DNA of 64,000 bases from Chrysomallon squamiferum (lineage: Eukaryota; Animalia; Mollusca), in contig CM022669.1 of assembly GCA_012295275.1 (NCBI GenBank), positions 620,001-684,000 of the forward strand, given 5' to 3'. Below the pieces are notes generated by a model. It had not been told where the DNA came from, searched no databases, and saw nothing but the letters and a program-made list of their open reading frames with translations. The translations under genes and the position numbers were made by a program. Positions 28,965 to 42,365 of the stretch are shown here, in pieces (position 1 is the first letter of the stretch; the number at the start of each line of letters is the position of its first letter).

Positions 28965-29062
28965 TTATTTTTTAAGATTTATCAATAAAATTGTCTTAAT
29001 GATAAAATAAGTTATTTTCTCACCTGTTGTATAGAAATCCGTCGTCTGAGATTTCGTGAGAA
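23454..29062 (-). CDS. Uncharacterised multi-pass membrane protein: mucin-like E/P/S/T repeat ectodomain, TM helix, then a DUF4239/bestrophin-like four-TM domain (at least about 1080 aa; start codon unresolved)
   Basis: Phase-compatible GT-AG exons: 29062-29024 (LTKSQTTDFYTT), 28429-26360 (690 aa, EPEST(S/A) repeats ending VVLPPLLFIAFIMF), 25988-25338 (GLMILRLKVR...ISIPAVLSLALCPVTLFLY...FLAPAGLVYATSFGFAFQ...), 24939-24777, 23775-23454 (WAFLETLGFFSFIGILLL...LLTVFSISMLCYVVSDLDSPFSGFFRVD...stop). The family call rests on topology and the DLDxPFSG motif, recalled from memory rather than from a search. Confidence 0.82.
24525..24607 (-). mobile_element. Possible degenerate tRNA-derived SINE head in an intron
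   Basis: The minus strand has an A-box-like TAACTGAACGG and a B-box-like GTTCGAGTC about 45 nt apart. No convincing cloverleaf. Confidence 0.35.
26500..28380 (-). repeat. Coding 18-bp tandem repeat (about 100 hexapeptides EPESTS/EPESTA/EPKSTS/EPGSTA/EPELTA)
   Basis: Minus-strand unit GAACCTGAATCTACA(T/G)CA. The frame appears open across 2070 nt between a phase-1 acceptor and a phase-1 donor. Confidence 0.93.
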
Positions 29063-31332
29063 CTAGATTTGTAGAAAACAGAAATGTTATCAAATATATT
29101 GTCAATTCCATATTTAAGTACTTTTGATTTCTTCTCCTCCTTTAGTTTTTAAATGTGAAATAAACAAAGAATACAACGAACGAACTAATAAATAGCTAAG
29201 TAAATAAATTTAAAAAATAGCTTGAGTTATAATAAGAAAATTCGCAGTCAAGTTACACTTTTTGAAACACAAAACACTGCGTACACTGAGGACAGTGTTA
29301 TATCGACACAGAACTCCAGTGTCAACAAATAAAGAAAATTCAGTGAATGTTACATATACTGCATAGCATCCGCAAACACAGCTGAAGTAGTTTAAAATTG
29401 AAAATTCATTAAATTCGAAATCTTTTATGTCTTGATAAACATTTGTTGTTTTTAAAATTGAATGAATACAAATAATAGTTTTTTTTTTTTTTTTTTTACG
29501 TCCCTATTGAAGAAAATCACAAAAACTGTGAGAGTCCCCGTGCTATAACACCCAAGTGAACCTAACATCTTTACATAACAGTTCTTTCCTGTTCTTCACG
29601 GTTATCAGACTTCAACATTAACGCCGACTGTTGTTTTTATTTGTTATCGATCTATCGAACACACACCACGGAGAAATTAATGGCAATATTGATCTCCTTG
29701 CCGGTTCACTGAATGGGACATATTTCTGATTTTTATTTTTGTGTAAATGTTGTTGTTTTTTTCTGACATACACATCTACTTGATTGTGGTTTTTGATTGG
29801 ATGGTGTTTTCATAAGGATATTTTCTGTCATAGCAGTTGCTATGTGTCTGTTTATATTGTTTTCTTCTTCAGGACGACTTCAAAGGGGTTTTTTTCTTCT
29901 TTTTTCTTTTGGAGCGAGTCTGTGTTTTTTAAAAAAAAATTATTATTTATTTATTTATTTGTTTGTTTTAACTTGCTGAAGGCAAGACAGACATATATTT
30001 GTGTGTGTGCGTGTGTGTGTGAAGAAACAAACAGAGATTATCCTTGTACGAACATTCAGAAAATGTTTGTGTTATTTTTCTATACATTTCATTTAGTTAT
30101 TAATTGTCCAACATTACCAATATTTCATATTAAGAATAATGTTTGCTTTTGTTTGATCTAAAAATTGATTTCTTTACATATACTTTGAGAGTGATAATAA
30201 TAACAAAAAAAAATGTTATCGATAATCAATGTCCGAAATATTTTCAACGTTCTTATAAATATGATTCATTTATGACTGATAATGGTTCGCTTTATTGACT
30301 TGACAGTAAAACATAATACGAACGTTTTATCATTCAGAAGAGGAGTGGTTTAATGAAGAACGAAGAGAAGAAGGATCAAACCCTGTTAATTATTTAACAC
30401 GGTGACTTACGATCAAAGACTTGCACCTTATGCTTTATTATTTTTGTTCTTGCTTTTGCTTGATTAAATGGATTGTTTAATGGGCTAAAACGGTAGACAG
30501 GCCTACTGTTTGAAACACAAAACATTATATGTGACATTGTCACTCATAAAGTAATTGTATGACTAAGAAACTAGCGTATGGTATCAACAAAAATTAACAA
30601 CAACAATAATAAAATTAAATTAAATTAAATTAAATTAAAAAAAAAAAAAAAAAACATCTATCAATAACAACCATTATAATTAACCACATCATAACGAAAT
30701 CGGTTGATTTTTCCAATCTGACGAAATTTAAAAAAAACCTGTCAGTATTTCTAATTGCTCTGTACATATCATCAAGCACCCTCGTCATAAAACAACTCTG
30801 TAACAGTTCGTGGTTGTTTCTAAATTTAACTGATCTCAGAGGAGACTCGGTACCACACAGCAGGTCGTTGACAAACTGCAAACTTTACTCGGGGGAAGTC
30901 TGACAGCTGTTCACATCTGGACGATTTGGTTTGAACCTCAACAAAAGCAGCCTGCATGTAAAACAACAATTGATACAGGGACATATTGGACTTCCATCCG
31001 TCCAGACAAATACGCTGTATACAGAGTACATTCTTAACCGCCCCTGGACAAAACATCCACCCTTAAATTTGTAATTTATTTTCTGGGGGCGAAGTAACTA
31101 CCGAATGAGTATCATTTGATTAAGAAAGATCGTTATAAAGACAGTATTATTTCTTTGACGTCATTGCGATCATTGATACTAAAATGAAAATAATAAGAAG
31201 CGTACGGAAGCCTAAGTACGAATAATAATAATAATAATAATAATAATTATTATTATTATTATTATTATTATAATGTACATGTGTATAATGAATCAAAGTT
31301 TGAATAATAATAATAATAATAATAATAATATA

Positions 31333-31406
<74 letters not shown>

Positions 31407-31617
31407 AACTTTGATTCATTATACACATGTACAGTAAAAATATGTCCTTTAAAAACTGAGTGAACGTTTTAATTACTAATATAAAATAATTAACAAAAAC
31501 AATAATATTCATAATTTATGAATCCTTTAAGGAATATGATCATGTAACAGTAAATTAGGTTGCACGAACTGAAAGAAAAATAGATAGGTAGGCAGACAGA
31601 CAGACTGACGGACACAC

Positions 31618-31689
<72 letters not shown>

Positions 31690-31779
31690 CACAAATAATT
31701 TTCAATATGTTAGTATTACTCAGTGAATATATTAATTTTGTATTAACAAACTAAGGGAGGTCACCCTTGGTTAATCGTC

Positions 31780-32496
31780 ATGATTGTTTCGAGGCTGTGT
31801 GCTCCTTTCCGACATTTGGTAAGTTTTTAGAAGTAAAGCCATTTTTTTCTACTTACTTTTAATTTTTATTATTTCTCTCTCTCTCGCCGCTAACCTTTTA
31901 TGATACAGCTCAAACAAGACATGGCATAAATTAACAGGTTATCTGTAGCTTAACAATCCTATACAAACCGAGCCGGAACGTGTGTTCGGGCAAGCTCTTG
32001 GAAATCCTAGCGTTATTTATAGAACTGGGAATATATGAACAGTAATTTTATTTTTACTTTATTTTATTATTTCCTTTCCTTTTATTTCTTTTGTTTTGTT
32101 TTGTTTATTTGTTAGTGACTTTTCTGAGGGTGTGTCTCTCTTTTCATTTTCATTCATTTAAATTTAAATAAAAAGAATTTCTTAGTCTTACGTAAATAGA
32201 GTTAAAAGAGAAGAAGAAGAAGAAGAAGAAGACTTGTTTTAATGAATATGTTATTTATTTTTGTTTATATTGGTCCAGGTTCCACACTGTCACAGAGGGA
32301 TCCATTTATCAGCTTTAACTACTGCAGTATGTACTTTTATAGTTTACTAATCAAATATACTACATCTGTTACATATATCTGTTAGATGAATACTTCCATT
32401 ACTTGAGAACTAAATACAAAATTATATGTTATGTTAGATATTTCATTAATTAATTAATTAATTTATTATTTTTGTTATCATTATCATTACTATTAC

Positions 32497-32554
<58 letters not shown>

Positions 32555-35033
32555 TTTTTGAGCAGACTTGGAAAATAGGAAAAATCAACCATGTTGCTAT
32601 TGCATGTCCAGACTTAGAGAAGGCTATAAGTCTTTACAAAGATGTCCTTGGGGCCAAAGTCAGTGACAAACATGTAGGTATTCAAACATGTAGGTATTCA
32701 AACATGTAGGTATTCACACATGTAGGTATTCAAACATGTAGGTATTCAGACACTTTATTTCAAACACTGTAGTCCAGCAGCAGATTCACACATGTAGGTA
32801 TTCACACATGTAGGTATTCAAACATGACATGGTGTATCTAGATTCAAACATCTACATGTCTAAACATGTAGGTATTCATGAGGCATTCAAACATGTAGGT
32901 ATCTAAAGTGTGTGAAATACCCAGAGTTTTTGTTGATTATTTACAGATTTAATCGGTGTGGTGGTGTGACACTAGTATATTTATCTATCCATCTACATGT
33001 CTGTCTGTCTGTTTATCTTTCTGTGTATCTGTAGACACACACACACACACACACACAAACACACATACTGAGATACAGGCACACAAAGTGACACACATAT
33101 ACATACATAGATACACACACACATACATACATATATATATATACAACCATACATATGTACATACAATCATAATACATACATACGTACATACAATCATACA
33201 TACATGCATACATATATGTAACTGGTATGTAGTTGTTTCTGGAAAAGTTTGTAGCCATTTTGTAGATTATCACAGATACAGTTTGTGACACAACTGAACA
33301 TTTTCATCTTAAATTTGATGTTTGTAATATTTTTCATGGTAATTGTTTCATTTCAGTTGTTTCAGTATCTATCTAATATTATGTTATTAAACTTGTAACA
33401 TATTAGTGTGTTTTCTCTCATGATATAATTTGTATTATATAAAAACACTTGTTATTTCACAGATATGATTTATCTTGTTATTGTATTTGACTTATTTCAC
33501 ATTCCAACCATTGCTCATTGACATACTCTAGGTTTAAAAATGAAGTTTTTTGTTTGTTTCAGCCACAGCCAGACCATGGAGTGTACACTGTCTTTGTTCA
33601 GCTTGGTGACACAAAACTGGAGGTAAGAGTTGTCTAACTTGGCTCATCAGAAACTGGTCCAATGCAATATTGTTTTATTGTAGTTTTAATTTGTTTTCAT
33701 TAATAATTGTTTTAATTATTATCACAGACTTATTTTCTGTTTTTGTTCTCTTTGTTTTTAATTGTGTTGTTTACATTTACTCATTAATGAAAAAAATCAC
33801 TAACATTTTCATTAAAGAGAGAACAATGTTAAAATTATCTTTGACAGCTGTCTTTGAAGATTTAAGTTTTCTAATGATATGTAGTAACTGTTATAAAGAT
33901 GCAGTAATTGTTATATTAAATCTGGTGATGATTCTTTAATAATAATAAAGTTAATAAGTAATCTAAATACATAAAGTTGTGTGGAAACAAAAATCTTTTC
34001 TTCCTTTTTAAACACACAGAGAAATTTCTCTGACATTTTTTTAGTTTATCAATCATTTTATTTTATTGTTTTGTGTATTTTATTTATTGGTTTATAATTT
34101 TCTAAGACTCTATTAGTGGAGAAAGGAAAACTGCATTTGCCACATTTGTCTGACAGAGTCATGATTAAAACTGTTTGCATCAGACACTTTCACACAAAAA
34201 CATGTTTGTTAATATTTTTAATTTCTATTTTAAACAAAAGCTTCTTCATCCAATGGGTGACAACAGTCCAATTCAAAACTTTTTAGATAAAAACAAAAAT
34301 GGCGGCATGCATCATATTTGTATTGAGGTAAGAGCTTTTTTCTTTCTTTTTTCTAAAATAATAATAACAAGATAATTGACATATTTTTAACCTTTGGAAT
34401 TCTTGTTATAGGTTTTGTATTTAATGTTTGTTTTTGTTCTCTTACAATCCTGTTTTATTCAAAAGCCAAAACACAGATAAATAAGTTTCACATTTTTATG
34501 GATTCCTTTTCCTTAATGTACAATATACATACATACATATATACATTTTTTATATTTTTCAATTTCTTTTTTTTTCCTTTTTCTTGTCTTTGCCCAGTAA
34601 AACTCATAACCCATACCAATCATATTTTCAAGCTAAGACAACTTGTACCATCAGATACCAAATGTTTTAATTTGTTTGTATATCTGTATTTATATCTGTA
34701 TTTATGTCTGTATTTATGTCTGTGTTTCTGCATGGGTTTCTGTGTTCTTCCAGTGTGTGCCAACTGCACATTGGTGAATCAATGAACTAAATGTTCTTAA
34801 AATTAAGCCTAGCAGTCGATAACAGAACTAGGTTGTATCAACAACTAAAACTATTAACCAGTTATCTAACTGCAATCATCTGAAAGTTTGGTGTCCTCTC
34901 AGATCATTAATGAAACAGAGAACTGCCTTTCTATATAAAGTGTATACATTAAAAATAAACAAAGAACAACAACTAAAAAATATTAAAATAATAATAAATA
35001 AAAAATAAAAATAAAAATAAAAATAAAATAAAA

Positions 35034-35082
<49 letters not shown>

Positions 35083-35567
35083 TAATTAATAAAATAAAAA
35101 TAGCAGATCCAACATGAGTGTCATATGATGGTAACTGTGTATGACAGACAACAGGCATTCACTTGCAGTGGTTTGATAATGTTTAGTAAACTTTACTTGA
35201 CTTTCAGTCAGAAGGTCAGTTCCTCTTCACAGAGCTCATAAACAAACTGAAACACAGAGAGTTTTCTCAGTCTTGGGTACAGTTTGTCTAGATACAAGTT
35301 TGTTGTCTAGAATTAGTTTTTATTACTGGTTCGGAAAAAGTTTTCCTTTTTATTTAACCTCTGCTGCATGCCTCATTTTATTCTGTGTGAATTATTCTTA
35401 TCACATTCCAACAGGTGGACAACATAGAAGCAGCGATGAAGGATCTGAGAGCTAAGAACGTCAGACTCCTCAGTGACGTTGCTAAAACTGGGGCCCACGG
35501 GAAACCCGTGGTTTTCCTCCACCCGAAAGACTGCAATGGCGTCCTTGTGGAACTGGAACAGTCGTGA
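31780..35567 (+). CDS. MCEE: Methylmalonyl-CoA epimerase, mitochondrial (VOC superfamily), 6 exons, 164 aa
   Basis: Exons: 31780-31818 (MIVSRLCAPFRHL) and 32279-32326 (VPHCHRGIHLSALTTA), which together resemble a mitochondrial presequence; 32566-32673 (TWKIGKINHVAIACPDLEKAISLYKDVLGAKVSDKH); 33563-33622 (PQPDHGVYTVFVQLGDTKLE); 34241-34327 (LLHPMGDNSPIQNFLDKNKNGGMHHICIE); 35415-35567 (VDNIEAAM...GAHGKPVVFLHPKDCNGVLVELEQS*). The metal-binding His/His/Glu motifs of MCEE are present. The first two exons are less certain. Confidence 0.95.
32668..32902. repeat. 16-bp tandem repeat containing the MCEE exon 3 donor site
   Basis: A(A/C)ACAT|GTAGGTATTC occurs five times in tandem from 32668, with about four further copies up to about 32900. 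Confidence 0.88.
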
Positions 35568-35789
35568 AACTGAGAACATGTTAAAAACTTAACTTGTAAC
35601 AACTGTGTTTCTAATCAAGATATATTCTGAGTGGTTTAAATAATATTTAACCTATATCAACTCCGTATTCGCAATAATTCAAAAGTAACTGAGTTATCTC
35701 CCCTAGCATGATCCAGTGACATAATGAAATCATTTAACATTAAAGAATATGCAGATATCAGAATAGGAATAACTTTAACCTGATTTGTG

Positions 35790-35837
<48 letters not shown>

Positions 35838-35933
35838 GATCTTTTATTTCCATTTCCTTATTTGATTTAACCAATATGGAATATTTCATAAATCAAGTTG
35901 ATTATCAACATTTGTTTATAATTTTTTAATTTG

Positions 35934-35967
<34 letters not shown>

Positions 35968-36619
35968 CTTATTTATTTATTTGATTCTATGTTAGTTTAT
36001 ATGTAGTGTATAGTCTGGTACTGTACTATTTTCTATATAAAACAGAGACTATTTAAAACAGGGCGTGTGTAAGTTTAATTACCTGAGATAGAAAATGGTG
36101 GAAGACAAGGCTGTGTTTGTGTGTCTGGTTCTTTTGTACAAACAGTCACAGTGTAATAATTTGTAATAAAACATAAAACAAACGTGATGGATCTTACGTT
36201 CTTTTGTTAAATTGTTCGTCTTTCTTTTCTTTCTTCCTTTCTGTTAGTTACCTAGCAACTATAACACTGTTGTATAAACTTTGTAGCCAATAAAAAGACT
36301 AATTGCTTGAGAACTGTGATTATGATAAATTAAAAAAATAAAAATAAAAATATATATAATTTTTAAAAGTATTAATATTAACGTAGTCGCGACTGTTTTG
36401 GTTCTTTCCAGTCAAATTTAAATGGGGAAAAGTCATCTATAAAACAAAATACACGTAGAGTCTTGACATCATCATCATCATTTATTTGTTCATTCATTCA
36501 TTCATTCACTCATTCATTTCATTCATTGTTAACATTATTATCATCGTCGTCATCATCATCATTTATTTCATTTTCATCAGCATCATCGTCATAATAATTA
36601 TTATGATTAGTATTGTTAT

Positions 36620-38160
36620 TTTTAACCCGGGGTTTCTCTGTACTAAATGGTTGATTTAACAGACACGTAAAACTGTATCGTGCTGCCCAGACTCTAAAAA
36701 TGTCTTTATGGAATGGAATGGAAAAAAAATTAACGTACTAATCAGAGCAAGCTGTTGTGAAGCACGTCTGCGACGGGCACGCCCTTCTGACAGGTCAGCG
36801 GGCGTGTCCGTCGCAGAAAAGAGTGTCCAGCATATCGGATCGTGACGAGTCGGTCCCGATGTTTCGCAGCCGCAATTCGCCCCCTGTGGTCTCCGGTACA
36901 ATCTCTCAGCCATCACCGGGTCCGTGTTGTTTGCCGTCCTGGTTGTTCTGCTCTTGGCTGCTGTTGTTGTTTCTTTTTGGCTGCTTTCCTTCTGGTCGAC
37001 GTAGGCCATTCAAATTGATTCGTCAATCAGCCGATCCATCCGCTGTTCAACCAATCAGTCCTCAAGTCAATAGATTTATATAATTGTTGTTTGTTTTCGT
37101 GTCAAAATAAAAAATAAAATAAAAAGTTTAAAGTTTGTGTTTTGTTTTGAGAATGTAATTTGTTACTGCAGCGAGGACTAACTGTCTGTCTTTCATGTTT
37201 GGTGCCAGGATGTGTTGGAGCGTGAACTCGATTTTTAGGTCCTCCAGTGTATTGCGTAGTGCTTGTCTTTCCTTGGCAAAATTTGGACAGTGAAACAAGT
37301 AGTGTTTCATGGTTTCTGAGAGTCCACAACTGCAGTTGGGTGATGTGGTGATGTTATGTTTGTATCGAATTACGTTTAGGTTGGTTGAGTAACCAATTCT
37401 AGCTATGTGAGATTGTTGTTGTGTAGTTTGTTGGCGAGTGTGATTTTGGGTGTTTTGGCGAGTGGTTTGATGTTCAAGTGCCATTTGTTTTTGGTGTTGT
37501 TCCATTCGTTTCGCCATTGTTTGTCGTAATGTTTGGCAGCGATGGAGACGATTTCATTTATTCGGTAGTGTATGTCAGTGCAGATGTCTTCGTCTTTAAT
37601 GCTGAGTGACTCTTTGGCGTAGTGGTCGGCAAGTTCGTTACCGATGATGCCGACGTGTGCTGGGAGCCACTCCATGGTTAGTTCTTTCTTGTTGTGTTGT
37701 ATGTCCTCGTGTAGTTGTTGTATTTTGCTGAGCAGGTCTGGTCTGCTGGAACTTCCGGATTGTATTGAGATCACGGAACTTAGACTGTCCGAGAAAATGA
37801 CTGTGTGTTTGTTGTTGTTGTGTTTTACCCACAGCATGGCTCTGATGATGGCTACCAATTCGGCCGTATACACCGAAAGGTGATTTCTGATACGAATTGT
37901 ATGCATGTGGGTTTGTTTGTGTGATCTTGGGCTATGAAGGCGAATCCTACTCTCCCGTTGTCTGGCTTTTTGGATCCGTCAGTGTAGATGTGCGTGTGTT
38001 GTTTTTAGTGGTCGTTTGCTGCTGCCAAAAAAATGGCTTTTTTGAACGGTGGGATCTCTGTTTTCTCAGTTTCTCTTTTGATCAGGAAAGGTGTGTTTAT
38101 TGTTGGTTTTGTTTCTTTGTGGTATGCCGGCAGTGGCAAAATGTATTTAATTTACCTGTG
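36620..38160 (-). mobile_element. 5'-truncated, frameshifted non-LTR retrotransposon (I-group-like LINE): RNase H, CCHC knuckle and probable 3' UTR
   Basis: Minus-strand motifs HIYTDGSK (near 37980), SVYTAELVAI, IFSDSLS and WLPAHVGIIGNELAD give RNase H with all four acidic catalytic residues. CSCGLSETMKHYLFHC follows, with the stop at 37128. Frameshifts lie near 37905 and 37420. The GC-richer tail to about 36620 is assigned to the 3' UTR by inference, and both boundaries are approximate. Confidence 0.88.
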
Positions 38161-38429
38161 TAGTTTATAACACTTGATAATTATCTCCCTCCCTCACGAT
38201 GAGGTGTGGACGTGTTGTACGTTAGAGCGCGTGTTTGTGTAAGAAAAACTGCCGTGTAGTTTATGGGAGATAACTCGTGCTTTGTTGATGTTTCAACAGC
38301 CTGTAATTTGACGAGAAGACAGCTTTTTTGTAGATCACTACTAGTATTATATGTATTATAATATTATATGAGTTACTGAAACGATTATTATTATTATTTT
38401 TGTTGTTATTGTTGTTATCATTACTGTTG

Positions 38430-38472
<43 letters not shown>

Positions 38473-38621
38473 ATATTATTTTTAATTTATATTCTAATTA
38501 TAAAGAATGTTAATTTCTTTTTCCCCTTATATTTGTTATTGTTACAATTACTATTTCTTTGTCGTTCATTCGTTTTCTTCTTATTATTCTTCTTCTTTTA
38601 TCTCTCGCTCTCTCTGTCTCT

Positions 38622-38670
<49 letters not shown>

Positions 38671-39163
38671 AATGTAATAGCACAATTATTCTTTTTGATT
38701 ACAACTATTACACTAACCGCCGTTCAGCCGGACCAGTTTTAGTCTGTTATGACGCAATTTCCGCAATTATACTGCGCATGTCAGCTAATATAAACGAAGC
38801 AGTTGGCGGTATAGTTTTTGAATAATAGAGCACAGGGTTTTCGTTTTGTATTAATTATCTCAAGTTGGTCTATTGATTGGAAACGAACTCACTCACCTGT
38901 TGTGATGCCAGGCTTCACGTTTATTGTGCTGGTATTGATCAAGTCCACAGATGAGAGGGTCGAACAGGCGCGCTTCTAAACCAAAACCGTCTAGACTTGC
39001 ATTTCGTCCATTCATTTGTTGATTTGCTTTGTTTGTTTGTTTGGTTGTTGTTGTGTTGTTGTTGTTTTGTTTTTTTTTTTTTTTTTTTCTTGCTTGTTTC
39101 TTTATTTCTTTTTTACACATTATGATTATTTTATTTTTTATATATACTAACATTCTATTTGCC

Positions 39164-39259
<96 letters not shown>

Positions 39260-39899
39260 TTTGTGTGTATGTTTATACAAATTTTTGTCTATATACATAT
39301 AATTATCTATCTTTCGCTCGCTTAAATAAAAAAATGACATTTAATTAGTGATTATGTAGCATGTAATTAGATTTGTTTCTCGCAATTAGTAAACAAGGAG
39401 AAAGGAAATTATAAATTATAAATATTTAAATTAGAAATAGACAAACTGTTTTATACGTATTATATTAGTAATATATTTATTATAACTACGTGTAAATGCT
39501 TGTTTCAAATTTAGTCTTTTACAATTTCTAATAAGCATAGCATTTTATTATTTAATTAAACAAAAAAATATTTTCATTTAACTAATGAAATTTGAAATAA
39601 AATATGCCAATTTATTCAGATGATATTCATGTATATATTTGTTTTTAATTAATTTATTTATTTATAGTAGTAGTAGTAGTAGTAATAATAATAATAATAA
39701 TAATAATAGTAGTTGTTGTTGTTTTGGCAATGTAAAAAAGACGAGCATTACTTTTTGTGTAAATTTAATACAAGAACAGATCACACTGTCTTCACAATAG
39801 ACACACACAAAAAAGTAACTAAATAAATAAATTCGGGTAAAAATGAATGCAAGAAATAATTTGAAATTATTCTACAGAAAAAGGTCATAATTATTATCT

Positions 39900-39968
<69 letters not shown>

Positions 39969-40298
39969 TGTCTTGCTTTTTTCTTTTTTTTAATACTTTT
40001 ATTATTTTTATTTTATTTTTTTAATTCTTGTAGGTCATTAGATATTTTGAAGTTTTTTCGTTGTAACGATTCTGTGTGCCGATCTAACCAAGCATGTTAT
40101 TGAATTTTCTCCCATCGTTTCCATAATTAAATATTTATGTATGCAGGAAAACAATTAGTGTTTTGGGTTTTTAATAATGCGTTCATTAATGGTACGGATG
40201 GGTGAGTCTTGTAAATAAATAAAAATAAGTAAATAAGTACAGAAACAACGAATCGAAAAGTGCATCTGAGAAAACGAAATTAAATAAACAAAATGTCG

Positions 40299-40368
<70 letters not shown>

Positions 40369-40383
40369 ATTTATTATTATTAA

Positions 40384-40443
<60 letters not shown>

Positions 40444-40886
40444 CAGTAGTAGGAGTATAGAACAAAAATATGACCGTTAGGTAGGAGAAAAAAAAGAAAG
40501 AAGAAGAAATGTATGATGAAAACAGAAAGCTTAACTTTGTAATGTTACGAATATCGATTGGTTTGAATTAATAACAGAATCCTGATCCGTTATTTTTGTA
40601 AAATCTAATTTTGTACAACGTCACTGTGCGCACTCGTTTGGACAATTAGGAAGTTATCAGTTATCCATTTCGATTGCTTGCGAACATTAAGGAAAATGTT
40701 AGACAGCATTAAACAGTTAAATACAGTAAGTACAGAACGAGGTTGTGAACTAGCTAGGCGTCAACACGAGCAGAAAGAAACACAACCAGACAGACAGACA
40801 GATCGTTTAGAAACATATAAAAAATAAACTAAAGAAGATGGATAAATAGAAACAAAAAGCAGAGACAGAAACACGGATGAATGACC

Positions 40887-40970
<84 letters not shown>

Positions 40971-41083
40971 GTACCAAAAAATTATATATATATATAAATG
41001 TAACAAAACAAAAACAACCACAACAAAAAAAAATTATATATATATATCTATATATAAGAAAACAAAAACAACCACTACAAAAA

Positions 41084-41114
<31 letters not shown>

Positions 41115-41621
41115 CAGATGAAATTAAATTTAAAAAAATTTAATAAACAAAACAAAACAAAAAATATTAAAAAGATCACATAAATTAATATTACTCTTAT
41201 TACAGTTATTACAAGCAGTCAATCACAAGGATTCGAACTCGAAACCTGGTTGACAGGAACAAGGTCAGGTGACACATTGTTCTCTAACGTGTCACATTCC
41301 TTAACCCGCCTGCAGCAGGTGTTTGTACAAAAGCAGACGTCATAACCCAGAGCCGCTCCAACACTTAGCACTGGAGGGGGAAATGAATAAAGTGGGATTT
41401 CCACCCGAGTGCGTCCAACGTCGCTGTTAATGACGTGACAGCAGAGGGGGGACCTGCCCGCGTGGTATCTCACATAGATATAACTGTGGGCCAATCTGAT
41501 TAATATCACACTTATGTATTTTATATTCGGCTATTTGTATATCGTAAATAAACGTTAATGTGTGAAATGACAAAAAATAGTGCGCTTTTATTATCACTAA
41601 CGTTTCCTTAAAAGCAAAATT

Positions 41622-41710
<89 letters not shown>

Positions 41711-42285
41711 AACGAAATTTTCATAAATGTATTTTTATAGAAAAGGGTATTTATTGTTATACACATATTCGCGACTGTAAGTTTTAGATCTCATGTTATT
41801 GTATTTTGATTATAAATATTATTCTCTGTTTGATTGATTAATTCAGTGTATTGACTCGGGTGGCTGGATGTACACAGGCCACGTTCCGGTCATTACAGTC
41901 GGGTGGTTCTGTGATGCAAGGAAACGTTCTGTTTTCACTTCTCAGTCGTCCGAGTTCAGCGCCGTCCTCCACGACGTACACGACGTCCGACAAGCTAACT
42001 GCATTTCAACAATCAATAGCAGTTTCTGTTTTATTGTACGTGTGAATATGTGTGTGTATATACGCACACACACATATACAATAAAATATATATATATAAC
42101 AAGTTTATCTTTTTGGCTAAAAGAAACGAAAATGTTTCTATATTTTCTTTCTTTCATTCATTTATATATTAATTTTTCTTGTTATTGTTGTTGATTAAAA
42201 TATAATCATGCAGTCAAAATCACATATTTTTTTCTTTTCGCATTTCGTACTTATTTTATTTTACTTCGTTTATTAAGTAACTAAG

Positions 42286-42365
<80 letters not shown>

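Noticed and set aside
30630-31056. Two overlapping minus-strand ORFs upstream of the membrane-protein gene
   Set aside because: No recognisable motif and no phase-consistent splice link. More likely promoter or UTR sequence.
41225-41260. B-box-like GTTCGAATCC on the minus strand (possible tRNA)
   Set aside because: No A-box at proper spacing and no cloverleaf. At most a SINE remnant.
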